32,000 nt of DNA from Nitratidesulfovibrio vulgaris str. Hildenborough. GTDB taxonomy: Bacteria > Desulfobacterota > Desulfovibrionia > Desulfovibrionales > Desulfovibrionaceae. Positions 25,727-32,000 of this stretch are shown here, one piece after another. Where the stretch lies: assembly GCF_000195755.1 (NCBI RefSeq), contig NC_002937.3:600001-632000 (forward strand), written 5' to 3'. The notes under the pieces are model-generated. The model saw nothing but the letters and a program-made list of their open reading frames with translations, did no database searches and was not told where the DNA came from. Made by a program: the position numbers and the translations under genes. The number at the start of each line of letters is the position of its first letter. Position 1 is the first letter of the stretch.

Positions 25727-26467
25727 GTGGTCCGAAGTTTCCCGGCAGGTCATCTTAAGAGCGAAGAACAAAGGTATGCGAGTGCCCGCAAGGTGCTTGC
25801 CCTGTTGTGGACTTACTTTAAGCCGACATCGGTCGTGGATTTTGGTTGTGGGCTTGGCCATTGGCTAGAAGTCTGTGCCAGCAATGGTGTTCAGGAATAT
25901 CACGGTTATGATGGACATCATGTGGATGTTAAGAACCTGAAAATTCCTGAGCTTTGTTTCACTCAATGTAATCTTGAAGAATATATTGAACCTTTTACTA
26001 AGTATGATTTGGCGATGAGTATTGAAGTTGGAGAGCATTTAGCTGCGTCTTCAGCGGATAATTTCGTAAGGTCAATAGTATGCTCAGCTGATGTCGTCTT
26101 GTTTTCGGCTGCTGCTCCGTTGCAAGGAGGGACTAGCCATGTAAATGAACAGCCCCCGAGTTGTTGGGCCGACCTTTTTTTGTCATTTGGGTATGTTTGT
26201 TTTGATATTTTTAGAAAGCCGCTGTGGAATGATCCTTCTGTTAACTGTGTTCATGCTCAGAATATTTTGTTGTATGCGCGTAACGACAAAAAATTCATTT
26301 TTGAGAATCAAGGTCTGAGTTCTGTAGTGAGTCCGGATTTGATATACCATCCTGCCCTATACATTAGTCGAATGAATGAATTTGGTTGTGGTGAACATGG
26401 TTCCAAGTTGGTGCGGTCGCTTAAAAAAAGGTGGAAGTATGTACGGCACACCTTTTTTGCCAATTAG
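25727..26467 (+). CDS. class I SAM-dependent methyltransferase; the 5' end is disrupted, and the first 26 nt including the GTG start belong to the IS right end
   Basis: Motif I is VVDFGCGLGHW. An acidic loop and post-I motifs follow (YDLAMSIEVGEHL). The native sequence begins at 25753. Confidence 0.75.
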   Translation: MVRSFPAGHLKSEEQRYASARKVLALLWTYFKPTSVVDFGCGLGHWLEVCASNGVQEYHGYDGHHVDVKNLKIPELCFTQCNLEEYIEPFTKYDLAMSIEVGEHLAASSADNFVRSIVCSADVVLFSAAAPLQGGTSHVNEQPPSCWADLFLSFGYVCFDIFRKPLWNDPSVNCVHAQNILLYARNDKKFIFENQGLSSVVSPDLIYHPALYISRMNEFGCGEHGSKLVRSLKKRWKYVRHTFFAN

Positions 26468-26522
26468 AAAGTTTTACGTGGTTTTGTCCTTAGTCGTGTA
26501 AACTTTATGAATTGGGGGAGTT

Positions 26523-27134
26523 TTGAAAATCGTTAGTCCAGAATTGCAAGAGATGCTCGAGCAAAAAAAGCCAGTGGCAATTGAATTCGGAAGTGGGGAT
26601 AGACCTCGTGATGGTTTTTTCCACATTGACCTCGTTGAAATGGATAGAGTTGATGTCGTTGCGGATCTTAATGATCCTTTATCATGTTTTCCTGATGATT
26701 CTGTGATTGAGATTTACGCTCATCATGTGTTAGAGCATGTCCGTAATTTTATACAGTTGATGCAAGAAGTTCATAGAGTATGTATGCGTGATTCAACAGT
26801 TACTATTGTTGTGCCTCATTACTCTAACCAATTGGCTTATTCAGACCCAACACATGTACGCTTTTTTGGCTTGTACACAATGTGTTATTTCGTGGAACGT
26901 GTTTTTCAGCCGTTTAAAAGAAAAGTTCCTGATTTTTATATAAAAGAAAAGTTTTTGCTTTGTGAAGTTGTGTATGATTTTGAACCTAAGAATACTTTTT
27001 TGGGAAGATTATTTACGCGCAGAGTGCAACTTTTTATTAATGCAAACCCAAAGCGGCAAGAATTCTACGAGAGATATCTCTGCCGGTTTTTTCCTGTAGC
27101 GAGTGTTCGTTATGTGCTTTCGCCTGTTAAATGA
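26523..27134 (+). CDS. class I SAM-dependent methyltransferase (Methyltransf_11-like)
   Basis: Contains IEFGSGDRP..GFFHIDL...VADLNDPL.FPDDSVIEIYAHHVLEHV. It has a TTG start preceded by GGGGGAG. The region is very AT-rich. Confidence 0.75.
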   Translation: MKIVSPELQEMLEQKKPVAIEFGSGDRPRDGFFHIDLVEMDRVDVVADLNDPLSCFPDDSVIEIYAHHVLEHVRNFIQLMQEVHRVCMRDSTVTIVVPHYSNQLAYSDPTHVRFFGLYTMCYFVERVFQPFKRKVPDFYIKEKFLLCEVVYDFEPKNTFLGRLFTRRVQLFINANPKRQEFYERYLCRFFPVASVRYVLSPVK

Positions 27135-27171
27135 TTTGAGTATATGTAGGGGATATGATTCGGTAAGGCCT

Positions 27172-28275
27172 ATGAAAGTAGCATACGTTATCGGTGGTCT
27201 TCCATTCGGCGGTGTTGAAAGCTGGTTGCTAGATCTTGCGCGGCATGTTTCTAAAACTTCCGATTTCGAGTGCCGTGTCTTCAATGTCTCTGGAACAGGC
27301 GTCAAGATGCCTGAATATATCTCTTCCGGTGTCGATGTCGTGTGTGCTGGGAATAGCCTTGACAGCATTGCAACGCATCGAATCGACACTGTCTTGCGTC
27401 TGCGTTCTCAGCTTGTTGAATACGCCCCAGATATCATTCATACACTCCATTTTTCTGGAGACTACTGCGGTCGGCTTGCCTCGATTGGTCTCGGTGTTCC
27501 TGTTGTCACGCATTTGCGAAACATAAAGTGTGAACGTAAGTTGAGGCGTCGTTTAGCAAATAAATTGCTGTCGTTCTTTACAGACATGTACCTGTCCGTT
27601 TCCAGGGCCGTAGCAGACATGGTCGCCGACGATCACAACATTGCCAAGCGTCCATCCCGTGTCATCTACAACGCTGTTGATCCCCAGAAGCTAGCCGTGG
27701 AACCCCATGACCTGACTGCGATGTATGGCGTGTCAGGTCGTATTGTAGTTGGTGTAGGGCGCTATGTGGGGCAGAAGAACTTTGACTTGCTTCTAAGGGC
27801 ACTCAGGCTAGTTCTTGACGAGGGGCATGATATTTCGGTTGTCCTAGTGGGAGAGGGTGGCGAACGGCCTCACCTTGAGAGGCTGATTCGCGAGCTGTCC
27901 CTTGAGGGACATGCGGTGCTTACCGGATACAGGCAAGACGTACCGCGTTTTTTGCGCGCGTCATATGCACTTGCGATGCCTTCTGATTTTGAAGGCCTTC
28001 CCATCACGCATCTTGAAGCCATGTTCTGTGGCCTCCCGGCAATCGTATCACGGCATGTTCCATCTCTGGAGATAGCTCGCGAGGCGTCCCTTGTTTGCAA
28101 GCGTTCGCCAGAGAGCATTGCACAGTGCATCATCCGACTACTTGAAGACGAAAAGTTGCACTCAACCCTCTCTAATACAGGTTCGCGTATCGCTTCAGAG
28201 CATACGATGGATCTCTATATCAAGACTCTCAAGGGCATCTACGATGAACTCGCGAGCAGGGGGAAGGAGATATAG
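27172..28275 (+). CDS. family 4 (GT-B, RfaB/WcaL-like) glycosyltransferase
   Basis: The N-terminus MKVAYVIGGLPFGGVES is typical. The C-terminal region has PSDFEGLPITHLEAMFCGLPAIVS, an E-x7-E type motif. I prefer the ATG at 27172 over the track start at 27103. Confidence 0.85.
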   Translation: MKVAYVIGGLPFGGVESWLLDLARHVSKTSDFECRVFNVSGTGVKMPEYISSGVDVVCAGNSLDSIATHRIDTVLRLRSQLVEYAPDIIHTLHFSGDYCGRLASIGLGVPVVTHLRNIKCERKLRRRLANKLLSFFTDMYLSVSRAVADMVADDHNIAKRPSRVIYNAVDPQKLAVEPHDLTAMYGVSGRIVVGVGRYVGQKNFDLLLRALRLVLDEGHDISVVLVGEGGERPHLERLIRELSLEGHAVLTGYRQDVPRFLRASYALAMPSDFEGLPITHLEAMFCGLPAIVSRHVPSLEIAREASLVCKRSPESIAQCIIRLLEDEKLHSTLSNTGSRIASEHTMDLYIKTLKGIYDELASRGKEI

Positions 28276-28387
28276 AGGTGTGGTATTCTGGGAATCGTTA
28301 ACCGCTCTGGGCGTGTGTAGCCCTCCCCTAGAATAGGTCCATTGAAAAATAGAGATTTCTGATCAAGATTGCCTCATGGAGTGCAAA

Positions 28388-28654
28388 ATGAAGAAATCTC
28401 GATTTTCTGAAAGCCAAATCATCAGGATTTTGAAAGAAGCCGATGGCGGTCGCAAGGTCGTTGATATCTGCCGTGAAAACGGCGTGAGCCAAGCCACCTA
28501 CTACCAGTGGAAGGCCAAGTTCGGCGGCATGGAAGCTTCGGATATCCGCAGGCTCAAGGAACTTGAAGAAGAGAACAGCAAGCTCAAGCGCATGTTCGCC
28601 AATCTCAGCCTCGAGAACGAGGCCTTGAAGGACGTCATTGCAAAAAAGCTTTGA
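28388..28654 (+). CDS. IS3-family transposase OrfA
   Basis: MKKSRFSESQIIRILKEADGG...VSQATYYQWKAKFGG followed by a zipper region. GGAG lies 5 nt upstream of the ATG at 28388 (the track start is 28376). Confidence 0.9.
   Translation: MKKSRFSESQIIRILKEADGGRKVVDICRENGVSQATYYQWKAKFGGMEASDIRRLKELEEENSKLKRMFANLSLENEALKDVIAKKL
28642..28648 (+). other. A AAA AAG -1 programmed ribosomal frameshift heptamer
   Basis: The orfA frame reads GCA AAA AAG CTT TGA. OrfB is open in the -1 frame from this point. Confidence 0.8.
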
Positions 28655-29499
28655 GGCCAGCCGAGAAGCGCGATTTGGCGGATTTCATACACAGCGAGCA
28701 TGGTCTCAGTGAGCGGCGGTCATGCGCTGCGCTGGGGCTTAGCCGGACAGTGTACCGGTATGAGCTCAAACCGAGAGATGATTCGCTGATCATTGAAGCG
28801 CTCCTGGGGCTGGCCGACAGGTATCCTCGTTACGGTTTCGGTAAGCTGTTCGCGGTATTGCGCCGACACGGTTTTCGCTGGAACCATAAACGCGTCTACC
28901 GGGTATATTGTCTTTTAAAGATGAACCTTCGGCGCAAAGGCAAGAAGCGCCTGCCCTCGCGAAACCCGCAACCACTGGCGGTTCCGCCATGCGCAAATGT
29001 CTGCTGGTCCATTGACTTCATGCATGACGCATTGGCTAGTGGTCAAAGGTTTAGGACGTTCAATGTGTTGGACGACTTCAGCCGTGAGTGTTTGGCTATC
29101 GAAGTTGATACGAATTTGCCAGCGGCACGAGTCTTGCGAGTTTTGGACCGAATAGTGGCTTGGCGCGGGCTGCCTGCCAAATTGAGAATGGATAACGGGC
29201 CGGAGCTGATTTCGGTGCTGCTGGCCGACTGGGCCGAGAAGAACGGCGTGGCATTGGAGTTCATCCAGCCAGGCAAGCCCACACAGAATTCGTACATTGA
29301 GCGGTTCAACAAGACCTATCGGGAAGAGGTTCTGGACTTCTATCTGTTCAAATCCCTTACAGAAGTGAAGGAAATTACGGAGAACTGGCTGCGGCAGTAC
29401 AACGAGGAACGACCCCATGAGTCTCTTGGCGATTTGACCCCGGCAGAGTTCCTCCTGAAAAATTCACCCAAGGAAGTCTCTACTTTTGGATGGCACTAA
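28651..29499 (+). CDS. IS3-family transposase OrfB (DDE integrase core), expressed as an OrfAB fusion
   Basis: The DDE residues are in WSIDFMHD, MDNGPEL and NSYIERFNKTYREE. The frame is uninterrupted. Confidence 0.9.
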   Translation: MRPAEKRDLADFIHSEHGLSERRSCAALGLSRTVYRYELKPRDDSLIIEALLGLADRYPRYGFGKLFAVLRRHGFRWNHKRVYRVYCLLKMNLRRKGKKRLPSRNPQPLAVPPCANVCWSIDFMHDALASGQRFRTFNVLDDFSRECLAIEVDTNLPAARVLRVLDRIVAWRGLPAKLRMDNGPELISVLLADWAEKNGVALEFIQPGKPTQNSYIERFNKTYREEVLDFYLFKSLTEVKEITENWLRQYNEERPHESLGDLTPAEFLLKNSPKEVSTFGWH

Positions 29500-29515
29500 C
29501 TTGGGGAGGTTTACA

Positions 29516-29875
29516 ATGTCGGGTCAGCATCCCGTTGCGGCTCCAGACACCCCGCACGCCCCCGGAACTGACCTGAACACCTTGCAAAACCAACTGTTGG
29601 GCCACGCGGACGGGGCCATGCGTCGGAAATTCAAGGCTGTACGCCAAAATCCTATCCTCTGTCGCCTCGTCCACCCGGTTCGGGTGTGGTTCTCGTGGCC
29701 CCGGCAGGCGGTCCACAAGCCCTTCTGCGCCAAACGTCTGGTAATTACGGCGGATTTCATAGAACTGCTGCCGCGAATACCCCATGATGCGGCACGCCTT
29801 GCTCACGTTGTCGAGTTCGCTTGCAAGCTCTAGCAGGCTCAACTTCCTTCGTGCTACCTTCTTGCCTGTGGTCAT
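29516..29875 (-). pseudogene. N-terminal (about 119 aa, HTH) fragment of an IS481-like DDE transposase, truncated by the IS at 28316..29515
   Basis: MTTGKKVARRKLSLLELASELDNVSKACRIMGYSRQQFYEIRRNYQTFGAEGLVDRLPGP...GVRGVWSRNGMLTRH matches the conserved N-terminus of IS481-type transposases as I recall it. Track ORF 29480..29875 continues into the other IS by chance. The outer end of the remnant is near 29995 (TGTGTGCTGAG on the minus strand). Confidence 0.65.
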
Positions 29876-30007
29876 GTCGGATTCCTTGCTGGTGGTTGAT
29901 GAAGCTTCGCAACCTCATCGCTACCCCAGTCGGGAACGGCATGACCACTTCCTTTTGAAGGGCCTACTGTCAGGTAATAACTAGCTCAGCACACATATGG
30001 CAAAATT

Positions 30008-30040
30008 TCGGCGGCGACATGTCCAACATGCCGCCGCCGA
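30008..30040 (-). terminator. rho-independent terminator downstream of gap (T-runs on both strands)
   Basis: A 14-bp stem with one mismatch (tcggcggcgacatg / catgccgccgccga) and loop tccaa. It is flanked by caaaatt on the left and ttcttttt on the right. Confidence 0.75.
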
Positions 30041-30086
30041 TTCTTTTTCAGCCAGTGCCTGCTGCTTTAGGCGATGGCCCTGCTTT

Positions 30087-31103
30087 CTAAAGCCCCTTCT
30101 CCTGCATGAGCATGATCAGGTCGGCGAGGCGGCACGAGTAGCCCCATTCGTTGTCGTACCACGCAACGACCTTGGCGAGGCGTCCGTCCTGCACCGTCGT
30201 GTATTCGGCTTCGACGATTGACGAGTGCGGGTCGCCCTTGAAGTCCGACGACACGAGTGGCTTCTCGCTGAAGGCGAGAATACCGCTAAGTCTGCCCTGC
30301 GCGGCTTCCTTGAGGTCGGCGCGCAGTCCTTCGGTCGTGGCGTCTCTTTCGAGAATGGCTGTGAAGTCCACTACCGAGACTGTGGGGATGGGCACGCGCA
30401 GCGAGTAGCCTGTGAACTTGCCCTTGAGTTCAGGGATGACCTTGGCAACGGCCTGTGCTGCGCCCGTCGATGTCGGGATGATGTTCAGTCCTGCCGCGCG
30501 TGCGCGTCGCAGGTCCTTGTGGGGAAGGTCGAGGATGCGCTGGTCGTTGGTGTAGGCATGGACAGTGGTCATGGCACCGGTGGCGATGCCGTACTTCTCT
30601 TGGATGATGAGGGCCACGGGCGCGAGGCAGTTGGTGGTGCACGAGGCGTTGGACACCACATGGTGCTTCTGCGGGTCATAGGCGTGGTGGTTGACGCCCA
30701 TGACGATGGTGATGTCCTCCTCCTTGGCGGGGGCGGAGATGATGACCTTCTTCGCCCCGTTCTCGATATGGACATGCGCCTGTTTCGCCGACCGGAAGAT
30801 GCCCGTCGATTCGATGACCACGTCAACGCCGACATCACCCCAAATCAACTGCGCCGGGTCTCGCTGTGCGAAGCAGGTGACCTGCCAGTCGCCCACGCGC
30901 GCCATATTGCCGTCCACCTCCGGGGTGAAGGGGGCGCGTCCGTAGTTGGTGTCGTACTCAAGCAGGTGGAAGTTCGTGGCGGCGTCGAACAGGTCGTTGA
31001 TGGCCACCACCTCGGCCTTGTCGCCATAGCGTTCGTGAATGGCGCGAAAGACCTGACGGCCTATGCGTCCGAAACCGTTGATGCCAATTCGTGTCTTGCG
31101 CAT
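30087..31103 (-). CDS. gap: glyceraldehyde-3-phosphate dehydrogenase (type I)
   Basis: Contains INGFGRIGR and the active site [12 protein letters not shown], with the WYDNEWGY C-terminal motif. The RBS is GGAGGAG. Confidence 0.95.
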   Translation of the reverse strand: MRKTRIGINGFGRIGRQVFRAIHERYGDKAEVVAINDLFDAATNFHLLEYDTNYGRAPFTPEVDGNMARVGDWQVTCFAQRDPAQLIWGDVGVDVVIESTGIFRSAKQAHVHIENGAKKVIISAPAKEEDITIVMGVNHHAYDPQKHHVVSNASCTTNCLAPVALIIQEKYGIATGAMTTVHAYTNDQRILDLPHKDLRRARAAGLNIIPTSTGAAQAVAKVIPELKGKFTGYSLRVPIPTVSVVDFTAILERDATTEGLRADLKEAAQGRLSGILAFSEKPLVSSDFKGDPHSSIVEAEYTTVQDGRLAKVVAWYDNEWGYSCRLADLIMLMQEKGL

Positions 31104-31122
31104 GGTGCTCCTCCGCCGGGCA

Positions 31123-31680
31123 TCATTCTTCGAAGATGCGGACGTTGTACTTGCTGACGATTTCGTAGTCGGCGCGCAGCGCCTCGTGCAGCCGGGCGTT
31201 CTCGATGGCGATGGCCGAAATGCTTGCCACGGCCTTCATGAAGTCTTCTTCCTCATTGGTGAAATCGCGCTCGGTGGCGGAGTAGACGCGGAGGATGCCG
31301 ATGGCCTTGCCCCCCACGATGAGCGGTGTGGAAAGCACAGAGGTCAGCCCTTCGGACTTGGCCGCCGAGGGGTACTGGAACCTGCCGTCGCTGCATGCAT
31401 CGCGCAGGTGTATGGTCTTGCCTGCCAGCACTTCACCGTCCATGCCGCTTTTGGCGACCTCGACGGGGCCCTTGCGCATGTACCCGTCGGAAAGACCGTA
31501 GGCTGCGCTTGCCAGCAGCACCTTGCGTGTACGGTCGAGAAGCCGGATGGTGCTCGCCTTGCAGTTCAGTGCCGTTGCCGTCTGTTCCGTGATCTTGTCG
31601 AGAACGGTTCCGGTGTCGAGGCTTGAGTTGATAACCGTAGCCACACCCCAAAGGGCGCGGAAGAAATCCTGCGATGCCAT
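31123..31680 (-). CDS. stand-alone GAF-domain protein
   Basis: 185 aa with a typical GAF pattern ([10 protein letters not shown]...ASTIRLLD...[21 protein letters not shown]). The RBS is GGAGGTGAAG. It ends 19 nt before the gap ATG. Confidence 0.8.
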   Translation of the reverse strand: MASQDFFRALWGVATVINSSLDTGTVLDKITEQTATALNCKASTIRLLDRTRKVLLASAAYGLSDGYMRKGPVEVAKSGMDGEVLAGKTIHLRDACSDGRFQYPSAAKSEGLTSVLSTPLIVGGKAIGILRVYSATERDFTNEEEDFMKAVASISAIAIENARLHEALRADYEIVSKYNVRIFEE

Positions 31681-31808
31681 GCTTCACCTCCATTGGTGCT
31701 ATGCGACTCGATACATAACCACACATTTCGGCAACAGGGTCAAGTGTACGCTTCGGGGCGGAATGGTGACGACGCGCCTCGTCTGTGGTCTGACGCCGTA
31801 TGGCAAAA

Positions 31809-31837
31809 GGGCCGGACATCACGGGGATGTCCGGCCC
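31809..31837 (-). terminator. rho-independent terminator of the minus-strand gene entering from the right window edge
   Basis: The stem is gggccggacatc-acggg-gatgtccggccc. caaaa on the + strand gives a T-run on the - strand after the stem. Confidence 0.7.
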
Positions 31838-31894
31838 TTCGTGTAAGGCAGGGCTGATGATGGCGGTCTGGCGCGCTAGCGTGCGCTGCCGTCC

Positions 31895-32000
31895 CTAGCG
31901 AGCGTTGTCGTCGGTGGAGGACGTGCCCGTGTTCTTGGTGGAAGCGCCTGATGCGCTGCCTCCCGATGCGCTGCCTCCTGCAGCGTCATCACTGTCGCGG
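31895..32000 (-). CDS. 3' end of an unidentified gene with a Gly/Ser/Ala-rich C-terminal tail (partial)
   Basis: Hand translation gives ...RDSDDAAGGSASGGSASGASTKNTGTSSTDDNAR*, with TAG at 31895-31897. A terminator follows. The fragment is too short to assign. Confidence 0.35.
   Translation of the reverse strand, partial: RDSDDAAGGSASGGSASGASTKNTGTSSTDDNAR

Larger units (their letters stand above)
24545..25752 (+). mobile_element. IS3-family insertion sequence (1208 bp, TG...CA termini, imperfect IRs starting TGACCTGCC), probably inactive
   Basis: IRL is TGACCTGCCCGGCAC. The reverse complement of IRR is TGACCTGCCGGGAAAC. It has an orfA/orfB arrangement with an A7 slippery run. The DDE residues are in WAYDF, SDNGPEF and NESFNGKFRDE. 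No flanking direct repeat is present (gata vs tctt). Confidence 0.85.
28316..29515 (+). mobile_element. intact IS3-family insertion sequence, 1200 bp, with imperfect IRs of about 44 bp (TGTAGCCCTCCCC... / ...GGGGAGGTTTACA)
   Basis: IRs were aligned by hand. OrfA and OrfB are joined by the classic A AAA AAG heptamer. The length and IR size agree with my recollection of ISD1 from D. vulgaris Hildenborough (unverified). No flanking direct repeat is present. Confidence 0.88.

Noticed and set aside
24545-29515. A composite transposon formed by the two IS3-family elements
   Set aside because: The two elements are different ISs. Their terminal repeats differ, their OrfA proteins are 87 and 92 aa, and the nucleotide sequences are divergent. 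Neither has target duplications that would define a composite unit.
31713-31743. A sigma-70-like promoter upstream of the GAF gene (TTGACC ... TTATGT on the minus strand)
   Set aside because: The spacer is 19 nt and the -10 is weak. It is not supportable without TSS data.
1-32000. A search for CRISPR arrays, tRNA/rRNA genes, and toxin-antitoxin or other defence cassettes
   Set aside because: No regularly spaced direct repeats were seen. No cloverleaf-like or rRNA-like segments were seen. None of the ORFs have hallmark defence or TA domains.

Overview
This is GC-rich deltaproteobacterial DNA. The gene order and protein sequences match the hmc region of Desulfovibrio vulgaris (Hildenborough-like). 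That identification is from memory and was not checked against any database.

Layout, left to right:
- 1-1.6 kb: the 3' end of an MFS transporter gene, then maf and pgpA (+ strand).
- 1.6-8.8 kb (- strand): the complete hmc operon, hmcA-B-C-D-E-F-rrf1-rrf2. It includes the 16-heme cytochrome HmcA and the 47-aa HmcD, which is below the ORF-track cutoff.
- 9.2-10.0 kb: a xylose-isomerase-like TIM-barrel gene.
- 10.0-13.8 kb (- strand): a two-component operon. The sensor kinase has a periplasmic domain carrying a CXXCH heme-c motif, and the partner is an NtrC-type sigma-54 activator.
- 14.0-16.5 kb (+ strand): a divergent four-gene operon (USP, YeiH/PSE-family membrane protein, small membrane-anchored lipoyl-like protein, USP). 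It is preceded by a textbook sigma-54 promoter and an 11-bp perfect palindrome.
- 17.0-21.9 kb: a livJHMGF-type branched-chain amino-acid ABC transporter.
- About 22.0-30.0 kb: a clearly AT-richer accessory island of polysaccharide-modification genes (GT2, NAD-epimerase, two SAM methyltransferases, GT4). It is riddled with mobile DNA: one IS3-family element with an in-frame opal codon in orfB, one intact 1200-bp IS3-family element, and a truncated IS481-like remnant.
- 30.0-32.0 kb (- strand): the core genome resumes with a GAF-domain gene plus gap, and the 3' end of another gene.

No rRNA, tRNA or CRISPR was seen. The most interesting unexplained unit is the sigma-54/heme-sensor-controlled USP-transporter-lipoyl-like-USP module next to hmc. 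The IS-scarred glycan island is second. Many long ORFs in the six-frame track are antisense artefacts of high GC content.
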